Shown here: piece by piece, positions 25,358-35,120 of the stretch
Layout of the letters: each line of letters starts with the position of its first letter
How positions within the stretch are numbered: position 1 is the stretch's first letter
Origin: an uncultured Elusimicrobia bacterium
GTDB lineage: Bacteria > Elusimicrobiota > Elusimicrobia > 2-01-FULL-59-12
Length of the DNA stretch: 64,000 nucleotides
Assembly: GCA_963702895.1 (NCBI GenBank)
Contig: OY969767.1
Location: forward strand, 1,952,001-2,016,000
Direction of reading: 5' to 3'
Notes under the pieces: generated by a model
Database searches by the model: none
What the model was told of the DNA's origin: nothing
The model's input: the letters and a program-made list of their open reading frames with translations, nothing else
Translations under genes and position numbers: made by a program

Positions 25358-27352
25358 TCACTTGGCATTCCATATCTCTTTGAGTCGGTAATAGGAGGGG
25401 CGCAAAATGCGCGCAAAAGGGCCGTCCTTCCCTGAGCCGAGACTCACGATACCGAACCATTCCTCGTAACTCCATCCATCTAAAAACGGGCCGCCGAACT
25501 GCGGTACAGTGTCCTGGTGCGTGGGTTGGAGATTTTTATAGATCGCGGATTTGGGGGCATACCATTCGGCGCGCTCTTTTTGGATTTTCGTTGGCAAATC
25601 GCTGTTGGCTTTCCACCATTCGTCAATAAACTCGAAGAGGACGCCCCCCAGTGCATTCCCAACACCGCGCCCGGCCCTATGAGCTTCCAGATCCTCCCAA
25701 TTGTTCGCGAGATACATCGCCTGGTAGGCTTGCGCCTCCTCCTGGGAATAGCCTTCCGCGTAAGCGGGAGCGCCGTATTCGCTTACAAAGACCGCTTTGT
25801 CCAATTGTTCGCGCACATCCTGAAACAAACTCCGTCCGAACCCTTGCTCTCCGCGGTACACATTGGCACCAAAGACGTCGACATGGGGCGCGTATTCCTT
25901 AAAGAGGTCTAAATACATGACATCGCCATTGGCAATGGCCACGGGCCTGGTCGGGTCCAGTTGGTGCACGAGTTGAGCCGCACGATCGACGAGCGTGTAA
26001 AACGCCTTGGGCTCCTTCCCGGAATTGTTTCCAACCCCGTAAACATTCTCATTGCCCAGCACCCACATTAGAATATAGGGCTCGTCCTTATATTCCTCGA
26101 CCATCTTTCGTACGCCCTCCAGCATGCGCGTTTGCTGGTCGGGGTTATTGTAATCCGTCCCTTGCGTCCACGTCGCTCCGGAACCTACCGCATACCCCCC
26201 CAGCACATCGCCGCAGAGCACATAAAATCCATAGTCCCGATAGAGCCTTCGAAAAAGCTCTCGGTCGTAGAGATGATGATAGGCCCTGAGCGTGTTCACT
26301 CCCAGATCCTTGAGCAAAGCGGCGTCTCCCACCACGGGTTCATCAGCATCCCGGCTCCCATTGGCGTTGGCATCAATGTAGGATTCAAAGAAGCCATCGT
26401 GAAGGCCATTCTGGTTGGTGTCGACCAACTGCCAATCACGGGAGACATTCCAGGTACCGCGGTCGGGGCTCAAACCTGGAGGGGTCACCGAATAGGTGAT
26501 CGCTTTCATCGTAAAGGGCTTGCCCTCGACGAAGAGCTGCCAGTGGTGGTTCGCAAATTGTTTAAGCTGAACACGCGGCCCACCAATGGTCCGAATCACT
26601 CGAGCATCAGATCCCTTCCAAGATTTACGCGAGGATTTCACTTTCGCGGCCTTGAGACGGCCAGGATCAGGATAAAAGACGTCATTATTGGTTTGGGTGT
26701 CGAATTTGTTGGCCACCCGAATCGTCCCAGGATCCCATGTCATCCCAAGCTTAGGATGACGGCGCAGGAGTTGCTCGAGCCGGTCCAGCGAGGCAGGTCC
26801 CATGTACCAAGGCGTATTGAAATACGTGTACCCGAGGGATTTGGGGAAGTGAACCGCGACGGCGTAGAAGCCTTTGGCCGCTTCCGGCAAAAGCCCCAGA
26901 CGCTCAAACATCAACGCCGTATAGAACTGTTTGACACCTGGATCCTCGGCGGCTGTAGCCCATTTATAAAAGCTTCGCGCCGCTGTCCGGGTATCCACGT
27001 AGCTCCAATGATTGCCCTGAAGTTGACCTTCCTTGAAGAGACGATGGTAGGTGGGATCCCGCGTGACGTCGGTATTGGGATAGATGCCCTCGCCTAAGAA
27101 TTTGGCCAACCCTTTACGATCTCGAATGAGATAGCGGTAGCTCGCCGTGCCCAATTCCTTAAACTGACCGTATTGGGAGTAATCTGCCGGACCCTGTTGC
27201 CCCGGGAAAGCCAGCTGCAGCGTGTCCTGGCTCGGAACGACCTCGGAGCGCACGAGCGCTCTCGGCTCAGGTGCGGCCGGGGCCGCCTGAGGAACGAAAA
27301 AGAGAAACACAATAAAAGCGTATCGTGATGTGTTCAGAATTGAAAGGATCAT
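25358..27352 (-). CDS. secreted clan GH-A (GH2-like) glycoside hydrolase, paralogue of 18671-20596
   Basis: LGVNTLRAY, WVLGNENVYG, VSEYG, FEFIDEWWK. Confidence 0.82.
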   Translation of the reverse strand: MILSILNTSRYAFIVFLFFVPQAAPAAPEPRALVRSEVVPSQDTLQLAFPGQQGPADYSQYGQFKELGTASYRYLIRDRKGLAKFLGEGIYPNTDVTRDPTYHRLFKEGQLQGNHWSYVDTRTAARSFYKWATAAEDPGVKQFYTALMFERLGLLPEAAKGFYAVAVHFPKSLGYTYFNTPWYMGPASLDRLEQLLRRHPKLGMTWDPGTIRVANKFDTQTNNDVFYPDPGRLKAAKVKSSRKSWKGSDARVIRTIGGPRVQLKQFANHHWQLFVEGKPFTMKAITYSVTPPGLSPDRGTWNVSRDWQLVDTNQNGLHDGFFESYIDANANGSRDADEPVVGDAALLKDLGVNTLRAYHHLYDRELFRRLYRDYGFYVLCGDVLGGYAVGSGATWTQGTDYNNPDQQTRMLEGVRKMVEEYKDEPYILMWVLGNENVYGVGNNSGKEPKAFYTLVDRAAQLVHQLDPTRPVAIANGDVMYLDLFKEYAPHVDVFGANVYRGEQGFGRSLFQDVREQLDKAVFVSEYGAPAYAEGYSQEEAQAYQAMYLANNWEDLEAHRAGRGVGNALGGVLFEFIDEWWKANSDLPTKIQKERAEWYAPKSAIYKNLQPTHQDTVPQFGGPFLDGWSYEEWFGIVSLGSGKDGPFARILRPSYYRLKEIWNAK

Positions 27353-27387
27353 ACTATAGTGAAAAGACTCGATGCCGGGCGAGAGAC

Positions 27388-29754
27388 TTACTTGGGTTCC
27401 AGCATGGGGGAGAAGTTCAGGCTCCGCCTCTTCGCCTGGGTGCGCTCAGCGACCGTCATCTCCTTCCAAACAACATCTCGCATTCGCTTGGCCTCTCGAT
27501 CTCCGCTACGGGTCGCGCGTTCAAACCAACAGTACGCCACAATAAGATTTTTCGGAGTGCCGCGTCCACTCCGGTACATTTCCGCCAACGCGCGTTCGGC
27601 CTCGATGAGATGGCGCAGCGCCGCCGCCTGATAAAGCTTGAAGACTTGCGCCTCATCACGCATCCCAACGAACCCCTGTTGGGCGAGGCGAGCCAAGTTC
27701 AATTGGTGAGCAGGGTCCCCGCGCTGCGCACCCCGCTGGATGCGCGCAATCCACGTTTTGGCTTGCTCGGTGTCTTTGGCGGTACCCTGCCCATAGGCCA
27801 GCCTCGTGGCGATGTAAAAAAATGAAGGCGCGAAAAACAAATCTGCCGCCTTCCGGTAATGCCGATAGGCGAGCTTGTCGTCTTTGTTGACACCTTCACC
27901 CTTGGCATACATGTGTGCCAACTGATAGTGCGCTTGCCCGACACCATTGCGTGCGGCATGCTCAAAGAGCCGAAGGGCTTGCGTATCGCTCTTGGGAAGG
28001 ACGATGCCGTTACGATAGAGATCCCCCAGGCAGTAGCTGGCCCGGGGATCGCCGCGAGAGGCAGACAGTCGAAGAAAAGCCAGGTAGTGCTGTGATTTTT
28101 GCAGGTCCCGAGGCACCTCGATGCCATTCTGGTACCAATGAATCAGGGTTTGCATGGCACTGGGATTGACTTGGGCAGAGATTTGATACGCCTGCAGTGC
28201 GGCTGCAGGATCACGCTTTCCGGCCAGGGCGTAGGATAAATAGTCGCCCTTTGAATGAAGGGCGTCGGGATAGCCTTTGATGGCGGATTCGGCGATCCAA
28301 GTCCATGCTTCCTGAACGTCGGACGGACCCATCAGACCCTTCTCCTGTACGAGGGCCCAGTACCACTGAGAGGCCGCACGGCCGGTTTGTGCTCCGCGCT
28401 GAAGGGCTTGTCCCCACCAACGGACCGTGTGAGGAGCAGGAGCGCCGTCAATACCTTCTGCCTTAAGCCACATGAAGAGATATTGAGCTTCGGGAATATT
28501 TCCTTTGGCTGCTTCGTAAAGATACTGCGTCGCCCGGCCGGATGGAGGAGCATTTTGAGCGCTGATCAGGGTCAAAATCCCCAGCTTGGTCTTCGCGGCG
28601 GCGGACCCCGCCTCGGCTGCCTTGGTATACAACATCCTCCCCTCCTGCTCATCTGGCGGCACGCCATTGCCTGTGAGATAGAGATCCGCCAGTCCCCCAT
28701 ACCCCAGCGGAGATCCTCCTTCGATCGCTTCACGATAGAACTGGAGAGCCTTCTGCGCATTCCAATTGACGCCGCGACCATGAGCATGCAGCCACCCCAT
28801 CATCGCTTTCGCATCTGCATTTCCAGCTTTGGCCGCTAACGTGTAGAGACGCGCCGCCTCCGTGGGATTGATCGGCATGCCATTTCCCTCGAAGTACATA
28901 TTCCCGAGAGCGAGTTGCGCCTCTGCGTGGTTGTGTTCGGACGACTTGGTCAACCAGAGGAAGGCTTGACGGGACGCCTCTTCATGGTGTGCACCGTTGG
29001 CCGGCTTGTTTGCCAAGAACTCCAGACCGAGGTCGTACTGGGCCTGCGCATCGCCTTTCTCCGCCAGCAAACGCATGTTTCGAACATCGGGTTGGTTCGA
29101 GGTTGGATCACCCTTCTGCTTGGCGACCGATGCTTCGAAATGCCAAAGGTTCTCAAAAAAGGAGCTCTGAGAGGAACTTTCGGAGCTTTTCTTCACCTGA
29201 CTGACATCGACAAAGAATTTAGGTATCACGAGGAGAATGTAAGCAAATGTCCACACCGAAAGAGCATCCTGCCAGGAAAGTTTTGAGACGAAACGCAAAG
29301 CGAGCACGATGAGAAGAATCTTCAGCACTTCTGTCAACCACATCGCGCCCGCTCGTGCCAAAGACGGTTGAAGTAATGCGACAACAGCTAAGATGAGAAC
29401 AAAAGCCGTCAGGAACGGTCGGAAGGAAATGCTTTCGCCTATGTGTCGGGCTGCCAGGAGACAAACAAACGACGCCAGCGCGCCCAGCGACAGGTCCCCG
29501 AGGACACAGACAAAACGCAGGACTTGAGGATGTTCCGTCAGATATCGAATTTTAAGAACAAAACTGAGAATGCTCAGTTCATTGGGCAAGACATAGACTT
29601 GCAGCGTGATATACAGGGCCATGGCCCCCACCCACCCATATTGGGAGAAAACATCCGCCACACGAAGCTGGGGGTTATCCAAAGGGCTTGGAGAAGTGAA
29701 GGGTGAAGATGCCATGCCTGAGAGTTCTGACAGAATCACATCCGAAAATCGCAC
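27388..29754 (-). CDS. membrane protein with N-terminal TM helices and multiple Sel1-like repeats
   Basis: Repeated AQxxLGxMYxxGxG..A..W/Y..AA motifs after a hydrophobic N-terminus. Confidence 0.88.
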   Translation of the reverse strand: MRFSDVILSELSGMASSPFTSPSPLDNPQLRVADVFSQYGWVGAMALYITLQVYVLPNELSILSFVLKIRYLTEHPQVLRFVCVLGDLSLGALASFVCLLAARHIGESISFRPFLTAFVLILAVVALLQPSLARAGAMWLTEVLKILLIVLALRFVSKLSWQDALSVWTFAYILLVIPKFFVDVSQVKKSSESSSQSSFFENLWHFEASVAKQKGDPTSNQPDVRNMRLLAEKGDAQAQYDLGLEFLANKPANGAHHEEASRQAFLWLTKSSEHNHAEAQLALGNMYFEGNGMPINPTEAARLYTLAAKAGNADAKAMMGWLHAHGRGVNWNAQKALQFYREAIEGGSPLGYGGLADLYLTGNGVPPDEQEGRMLYTKAAEAGSAAAKTKLGILTLISAQNAPPSGRATQYLYEAAKGNIPEAQYLFMWLKAEGIDGAPAPHTVRWWGQALQRGAQTGRAASQWYWALVQEKGLMGPSDVQEAWTWIAESAIKGYPDALHSKGDYLSYALAGKRDPAAALQAYQISAQVNPSAMQTLIHWYQNGIEVPRDLQKSQHYLAFLRLSASRGDPRASYCLGDLYRNGIVLPKSDTQALRLFEHAARNGVGQAHYQLAHMYAKGEGVNKDDKLAYRHYRKAADLFFAPSFFYIATRLAYGQGTAKDTEQAKTWIARIQRGAQRGDPAHQLNLARLAQQGFVGMRDEAQVFKLYQAAALRHLIEAERALAEMYRSGRGTPKNLIVAYCWFERATRSGDREAKRMRDVVWKEMTVAERTQAKRRSLNFSPMLEPK

Positions 29755-29848
29755 AACAAAGCCATTCGAGGAAAAAATTCTGTTCGCGAGATCATCTCAA
29801 ATTTCGGTAACGGATGCCAGCGCCTGCGCTCGGAGAGGAGGGACGGCC

Positions 29849-29865
29849 TTTACAATTAATTTACA
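29849..29865 (+). promoter_or_regulatory. TTTACA-N5-TTTACA direct repeat (PhoP/OmpR-type box candidate) upstream of the receiver/pil operon
   Basis: tttaca at 29849 and 29860 (11-bp period) in an AT-rich divergent intergenic region. Confidence 0.35.
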
Positions 29866-29918
29866 GGTTAGTAATCTACTCGTTACAGCAGGTCGGTACA
29901 CTTGATTATAGAGGCGCT

Positions 29919-30308
29919 ATGAAGATATTAGTGGTCGAAGATGATCGATCCATCCAGATGGTGCTCGAGCTCGTCTTTGGCAGGATGGCGAAGTGTCAGG
30001 TTATCGTCGCCTCGAACGGCATCGAGGGTCTTGCTGCGATACAAAAGGAAAAACCAGACCTCGTCCTTTTGGACCTCATGATGCCCGGAATGGACGGATT
30101 TGAAGTATGCGCGCGGTCGAAGGCTAACCATGAGACGCGACATATTCCGATTATTTTCCTGACCGCACAACCTCAACCCCCCGCTGTGGCCAAGGCGATG
30201 GCCCTGGGAGCTGCGGGCTATCTTGTGAAGCCTTTTGACCCCATCAAAATTATCGATCAAGTCAACGAGGCCCTGTCTCGCGTCCAGGCCCCGCTCATCA
30301 CAAAATAA
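29919..30308 (+). CDS. single-domain response regulator (receiver)
   Basis: MKILVVEDD, LLDLMMP, FLTA, KPF; start at 29919 after GAGG. Confidence 0.92.
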   Translation: MKILVVEDDRSIQMVLELVFGRMAKCQVIVASNGIEGLAAIQKEKPDLVLLDLMMPGMDGFEVCARSKANHETRHIPIIFLTAQPQPPAVAKAMALGAAGYLVKPFDPIKIIDQVNEALSRVQAPLITK

Positions 30309-30365
30309 TCAAATGTTGTAAAAAAAGGTTGTTTTGGCGCAGGATTCGTGCTAGTAAAAAGCGAG

Positions 30366-30692
30366 ATGTCAGAGCCTATTTTAGATTTAAGTGAAATCAT
30401 AGGCCTCTACAAAGAGGACGCACAAAAGACCGTGCAAAAGATGTGCGAAGCCTTTGCGAGATGGGACGAGATCAGGCAGGGCGGCCCGGCCAGAGCTGAT
30501 TTACGCCGAATGTCGCATCAGCTCCGGGGCTCCGGAAGGACCTATGGCTTTCGTCATGTGACACGCATTTCTAAGGCCATCGAGAACATCACGATCAAAA
30601 TGGAAAAAGCTGATTTAACATTAGACGAGCGCGTGCGGGAGTCCCTGCGCAGCAAACTGAATCGTCTGGTTGCTGCTTTCGAGGTCACCTAA
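30366..30692 (+). CDS. Hpt (histidine phosphotransfer) domain protein
   Basis: All-helical, RRMSHQLRGSGRTYGF (HxLxGS). Confidence 0.85.
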   Translation: MSEPILDLSEIIGLYKEDAQKTVQKMCEAFARWDEIRQGGPARADLRRMSHQLRGSGRTYGFRHVTRISKAIENITIKMEKADLTLDERVRESLRSKLNRLVAAFEVT

Positions 30693-30702
30693 GAGAGATC
30701 CT

Positions 30703-31161
30703 ATGGCGACGGAACGCAAACCACAAACCGTTTTGATTTGCGAGGATGATCGCGCCATGGTGCGCATTTTCCAATTTTTGCTGCGCCAGCATGGTGTTGG
30801 TAATGTTATAACCAGCGAGCGTGGAGAGAGCGTGCTGAAATTGGCCAAAGATCATCAGCCGGCCTTAATCTTACTGGATCTTATGCTTCCTGGGAAAGAC
30901 GGTGTTTCCGTGTTGCGCGAGCTCAAATCCAACAGCGAGACACAAGGAATCGCTGTGATCGTTGTTTCCGGGAAGGAATCCCATCAGCAAATCAAGGAAG
31001 CGATGGCTGCTGGCGCCATCGATTATGTGATCAAGCCCTTTGAACCCATGGAGCTAGGGGCACGGATTAAGAACTTTCTCGATTCGATTTACAATCCACC
31101 CATAACCCCTGTCTATCAAAATCCCCCCCCCTCCACGGGTCTCGGTGGTATCCGCCTATGA
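30703..31161 (+). CDS. single-domain response regulator with Pro-rich tail
   Basis: ICEDD, LLDLMLP, VVSG, KPF. Confidence 0.9.
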   Translation: MATERKPQTVLICEDDRAMVRIFQFLLRQHGVGNVITSERGESVLKLAKDHQPALILLDLMLPGKDGVSVLRELKSNSETQGIAVIVVSGKESHQQIKEAMAAGAIDYVIKPFEPMELGARIKNFLDSIYNPPITPVYQNPPPSTGLGGIRL

Positions 31162-31808
31162 GCACCCCCCCGTTTGGAACATCCACCCAGACCAGCCACG
31201 GCGTAAGACGCTCGAACCTCGGGGAAATTCTTGTCGAGGTGGGCGTGATCTCGCAGGAGCAGCTCAACCAAGCCATCGCGGCAGCGGGGGGACCTGAACG
31301 AGACTTGTCCAAATGGCTTATTGATCTGGGATTCACGACCGAAGAAAAGATCATGAAGGCGATCGGCATTAAGGCGCGTGTCCCTTATTTCACGAGTCTC
31401 GAGGGGCTCTATACCCGAGATTCCGAGAAGATCCTCTCGGAAGAGCTGGCCCGACGACTGCAGGTCGTCCCACTTTTTCGTATCGATAACGTCGCCACGG
31501 TGGCCATGGTGAACCCCCTCGATGTCTTCGTGATTGACACGCTGGTGAAGACGACAGGCCTGCGAATCGATCCCCTCGTTTGCATGCGATCGGTCATTTT
31601 CGAAACCATTAACAAAGTTTACGGCGGGTATGAAAGCTCAGGGGAGTATCCACCCCCCGAGCAGCAGGCCCCCCACTCCCTCACGCAAAGCGATGCGCCG
31701 CTCGGTGAAGCGGGCCAGATCGCCGTAACCAATGGCGTCGAAACTTTCTTCATTGATCCGAAGGATGAGGCTGCGGCGGCTCAGGATGGCTTCAGGAGGG
31801 TCTCTTGA
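31158..31808 (+). CDS. stand-alone GspE/PilB N-terminal domain (MshEN-like + N1 domain)
   Basis: NLGEILVEVGVISQEQL, ARRLQVVPL, VAMVNPLD. Confidence 0.8.
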   Translation: MSTPPFGTSTQTSHGVRRSNLGEILVEVGVISQEQLNQAIAAAGGPERDLSKWLIDLGFTTEEKIMKAIGIKARVPYFTSLEGLYTRDSEKILSEELARRLQVVPLFRIDNVATVAMVNPLDVFVIDTLVKTTGLRIDPLVCMRSVIFETINKVYGGYESSGEYPPPEQQAPHSLTQSDAPLGEAGQIAVTNGVETFFIDPKDEAAAAQDGFRRVS

Positions 31809-33304
31809 GCTGGAAAGACAGAGCGACCCGCCCGGATCTTCCCCCGACCACCCCTCCCGGTGGGAGTGCTTTTATTCCGATTCCCAGCTCCACACCCACT
31901 CCCGTTAAACCCAGTTGGAGAGATCGCGCAGCGCCCTCTTCGGGCATTCCCATGGAAGTGAACGTGCCCCCTTCTCCCTCTCGAATGCCGCCTCCCGCAC
32001 TGCCCAAGGATGCTTCTTCTCGTGAGGATCCCTTTACGCAACTCGTGGAGAATCTTCGCTCGAGAATGCCCATCGATCAGCACGGCGCTCAGGCTGAACA
32101 CCTTCGGCGCGATATTCAAAAGTCGAGTGACGACATGCCGATTGTCCAGCTGGTGGATGCCATTTTCAGACAATCGCTCGCGAAAAAAGCAAGCGATATT
32201 CACATTGAGCCTTACACGGACCACGTGGAGGTCCGTTTTCGGGTGGACGGTGTGATGTGTCCTGTGATGACTGTTCCCAAGGATTTTGAGGCCGCTATCA
32301 CGTCGCGCATCAAAGTCATGGCCAACCTGGACATCACGGAGACGCGCCAGCCTCAGGATGGGCGCATCATGACTGAAGTGAGCGGTCGCCCCGTGGACCT
32401 CCGTATCTCGACCCTCCCTATCGTCCATGGCGAAAAAACAGTGATTCGTATTCTCGACAAAGCCGCCGTCCAGTTCGACCTTAAAAAACTGGGTTTCCCA
32501 GACAGAGCCTATCAGCTTTTCACCGAGTCCCTTCAGAAACCCAATGGAATCATTCTTGTCACGGGACCCACAGGGAGTGGAAAATCCACCACCCTGTATA
32601 CAGGTCTGACCATCCTGAATGAGCCCGACACCAATATTGTGACCATGGAAGACCCCGTAGAAATTCAGATCCCCCGTGTAAACCAAGTGCAGGTGAACAA
32701 CAAAGTCGGTTTGACCTTCGCCAAAGGGTTAAGGTCCATTCTTCGCCAAGATCCTGACGTCATTATGCTGGGCGAGATTCGAGATCAGGAAACAGCTGAA
32801 ATCGCTATCCAGGCCGCGCTCACGGGACATCTGGTCCTTTCCACGCTCCATACCAACGATGCCCCCAGTGCGATCACGCGACTGCGCTACATGCGTGTTG
32901 AACCTTTTCTGATCAGCGCATCCGTTTTGATGATTATTGCTCAGCGCCTCGTCCGTGTCTTGTGCCCGAATTGCAAGGAACCCTGTGAATTGCCTGGGGC
33001 GACGCGCGAAATGATCGAGAAGGCCAGCGCGTTTTATACTGGCCCGCGGACCTACTTTAAAGCCAAGGGGTGTGATGCCTGCAGTCAGACAGGTTATCGA
33101 GGAAGAAAAGGGATCTATGAGACCTTCAAGATGACCGACAAGTTGCGCGAAATGACGGTCGATCCCAAAAGCAGTCTCGAGGAGATACGAGCGGTCGTCA
33201 GAGATGACGGCATGACGACGCTTTTTGAAGAAGGGGCTATTAACGTCTCCATGGGCCATACCACGGTAGAAGAGATGCTGCGCGTCTGCTCCCTCGATGG
33301 CTAA
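31805..33304 (+). CDS. pilB: type IV pilus/T2SS assembly ATPase (PilB/GspE) core
   Basis: ASDIHIEP, PQDGR, GPTGSGKSTT, EDPVE, LRQDPD, TGHLVLSTLHTN, CPNC..CDAC zinc motif; TTG start with AGGAGG 5 nt upstream. Confidence 0.9.
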   Translation: MSWKDRATRPDLPPTTPPGGSAFIPIPSSTPTPVKPSWRDRAAPSSGIPMEVNVPPSPSRMPPPALPKDASSREDPFTQLVENLRSRMPIDQHGAQAEHLRRDIQKSSDDMPIVQLVDAIFRQSLAKKASDIHIEPYTDHVEVRFRVDGVMCPVMTVPKDFEAAITSRIKVMANLDITETRQPQDGRIMTEVSGRPVDLRISTLPIVHGEKTVIRILDKAAVQFDLKKLGFPDRAYQLFTESLQKPNGIILVTGPTGSGKSTTLYTGLTILNEPDTNIVTMEDPVEIQIPRVNQVQVNNKVGLTFAKGLRSILRQDPDVIMLGEIRDQETAEIAIQAALTGHLVLSTLHTNDAPSAITRLRYMRVEPFLISASVLMIIAQRLVRVLCPNCKEPCELPGATREMIEKASAFYTGPRTYFKAKGCDACSQTGYRGRKGIYETFKMTDKLREMTVDPKSSLEEIRAVVRDDGMTTLFEEGAINVSMGHTTVEEMLRVCSLDG

Positions 33305-33329
33305 TTAACAAACAGGCCAAGGAAATACT

Positions 33330-34679
33330 TTGCCCAATTTCAACTACATTGCATCCAATAGCTCAGGGGAGACCAAACGGGGCGTCTTCGCTGCGTCCAG
33401 CAAGTCGGAGCTGGCCCAGAAATTGAAAGCGCAGGGGCTCTTTCTTGTTTCCTGCAGGTCCGATGATGAAAAGTCCGCCGCTGCTGGAGCGCCCGATCCG
33501 CGCTCCCTTAAGACAACGCAAACGGCAGCACCTTTAGCGCGCTCCAGCGCGCCAACGCCCTCCAACCATGCGTCGGCCAAGATCCATAGTCTTTTCAGCT
33601 CATTACGGAAGACCGACCCCAGCAAATCCCCAACGAATAGTGTCTCTCTTAAAGAACTGGTCGTGCTGACACGTCAGCTTTCGATCAGTATTAACGCGGG
33701 CATGTCGTTTGTGGAGTCTCTCCAGGGGCTGGTCACCAATACCAAGAACCCCCGTTTGTCCTGGGTCATGAGAAAAGTTCTCAATGATGTGCTCGCGGGC
33801 AAACGATTTTCCGATGCCTTGGCCGCCCATCCGGTCGTGTTCACGCCGGTCTACGTCAGCATGACCGCGGCGGGAGAAGCCGGCGGGTTCATGCCCGAGG
33901 CGCTCAACCGAGTTGCGGAATTCCTTGAGAAAGACATCGAGCTGCAATCTAAAATTAAGTCAGCCATGATTTATCCGGTCGTGATCGGAATTGTTGCAAC
34001 CTTGGTCGTTACGGGCATGATGCTCTTTATCGTACCCACTTTCATCAAGGTCTTTCAGGATATGAATGCGCCACTGCCCGGCCCCACTCGGGCCTTAATT
34101 GCGACCAGCAACTTTACGCGAAATGGGGGATTTCTCTTGCCGTTCGTGTTTGTCGCCTTATTCTTCTACATGAAGCGTCTTCGAAAAACGAACGAGGCGT
34201 TCCGGGCCTTTTGGGATGAGAGGGTATTAGGAGTCCCCGTGTTTGGCAAACTCATCACGCTTGAAATCATCACCCGGTTTATTCGCACACTTGCGAGTCT
34301 CGTTTCCAACGGCGTCGTCGCCTTACAAGCCATCGGTGTGGCGAGACAAGTCGTTGAAAACCGCACCATTGAGCGCGTGGTCGACGAGATTTTTACTAGC
34401 ATTCAACAAGGCAATGGCATTTCGCCTGTCCTCTATCGAAGCAAGCACTTTCCAGTTCTGGTCGCCAATATGGTCTCGACAGGCGAGAAAACGGGCGCCA
34501 TTCCGGAGGTCCTCAATAAGATGGCAGACTACTATGATGCTGAAGTCTCAGCGGCCGTCGGCGGCCTGCTGGCCCTGCTGGAACCCCTTCTCATTGTGGT
34601 CATGGCGAGCATCGTAGGATTTGTCATCCTTGGCCTCATGTTGCCGGTTCTCACGATGTCCAGTCTGGTTGGAAATTAG
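33330..34679 (+). CDS. pilC: type IV pilus/T2SS inner-membrane platform protein (PilC/GspF)
   Basis: TRQLSISINAG, AGEAGG, KSAMIYP, TGEKTG, LLEPLLIV. Confidence 0.92.
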   Translation: MPNFNYIASNSSGETKRGVFAASSKSELAQKLKAQGLFLVSCRSDDEKSAAAGAPDPRSLKTTQTAAPLARSSAPTPSNHASAKIHSLFSSLRKTDPSKSPTNSVSLKELVVLTRQLSISINAGMSFVESLQGLVTNTKNPRLSWVMRKVLNDVLAGKRFSDALAAHPVVFTPVYVSMTAAGEAGGFMPEALNRVAEFLEKDIELQSKIKSAMIYPVVIGIVATLVVTGMMLFIVPTFIKVFQDMNAPLPGPTRALIATSNFTRNGGFLLPFVFVALFFYMKRLRKTNEAFRAFWDERVLGVPVFGKLITLEIITRFIRTLASLVSNGVVALQAIGVARQVVENRTIERVVDEIFTSIQQGNGISPVLYRSKHFPVLVANMVSTGEKTGAIPEVLNKMADYYDAEVSAAVGGLLALLEPLLIVVMASIVGFVILGLMLPVLTMSSLVGN

Positions 34680-34733
34680 CCCCCTTAGAAAATCCTTGTA
34701 TTCCCGTTCTTTATAGGCTATTAAACGAGAGCT

Positions 34734-35120
34734 ATGAGGGTCCTCGTTGTAGAAGACGATCCAGATATCCAGGTCATTCTCAAAATGGTCCTCACCCGCC
34801 TGGGAAAGTGTGATGTTGTGATGACTTACCAGGGGAATGAGGTCCTTCCCCTCGCCAAAACCCAAAAACCTGATCTCATCCTTCTGGACGTGATGCTGCC
34901 CGATAAAAGTGGGCTTGAGATCTGTTCAGAGCTCAAACTCGATGCGGCGACCCAATCAATTCCCGTGATCTTTTTAACCGCACGGGCTTTGCCTATGGAT
35001 ATCAAAGAGGCTCTCACGCGTGGTGCTGTCGGCTATCTTGCGAAGCCCTTTGATCCGATGACGCTGGTCAAACAAATCAATGAACTACTATCTCCGCTGG
35101 GCACTTCGATAGGAGCATGA
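34734..35120 (+). CDS. single-domain response regulator
   Basis: VLVVEDD, LLDVMLP, FLTA, KPFDP; paralogue of 29919-30308. Confidence 0.92.
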   Translation: MRVLVVEDDPDIQVILKMVLTRLGKCDVVMTYQGNEVLPLAKTQKPDLILLDVMLPDKSGLEICSELKLDAATQSIPVIFLTARALPMDIKEALTRGAVGYLAKPFDPMTLVKQINELLSPLGTSIGA

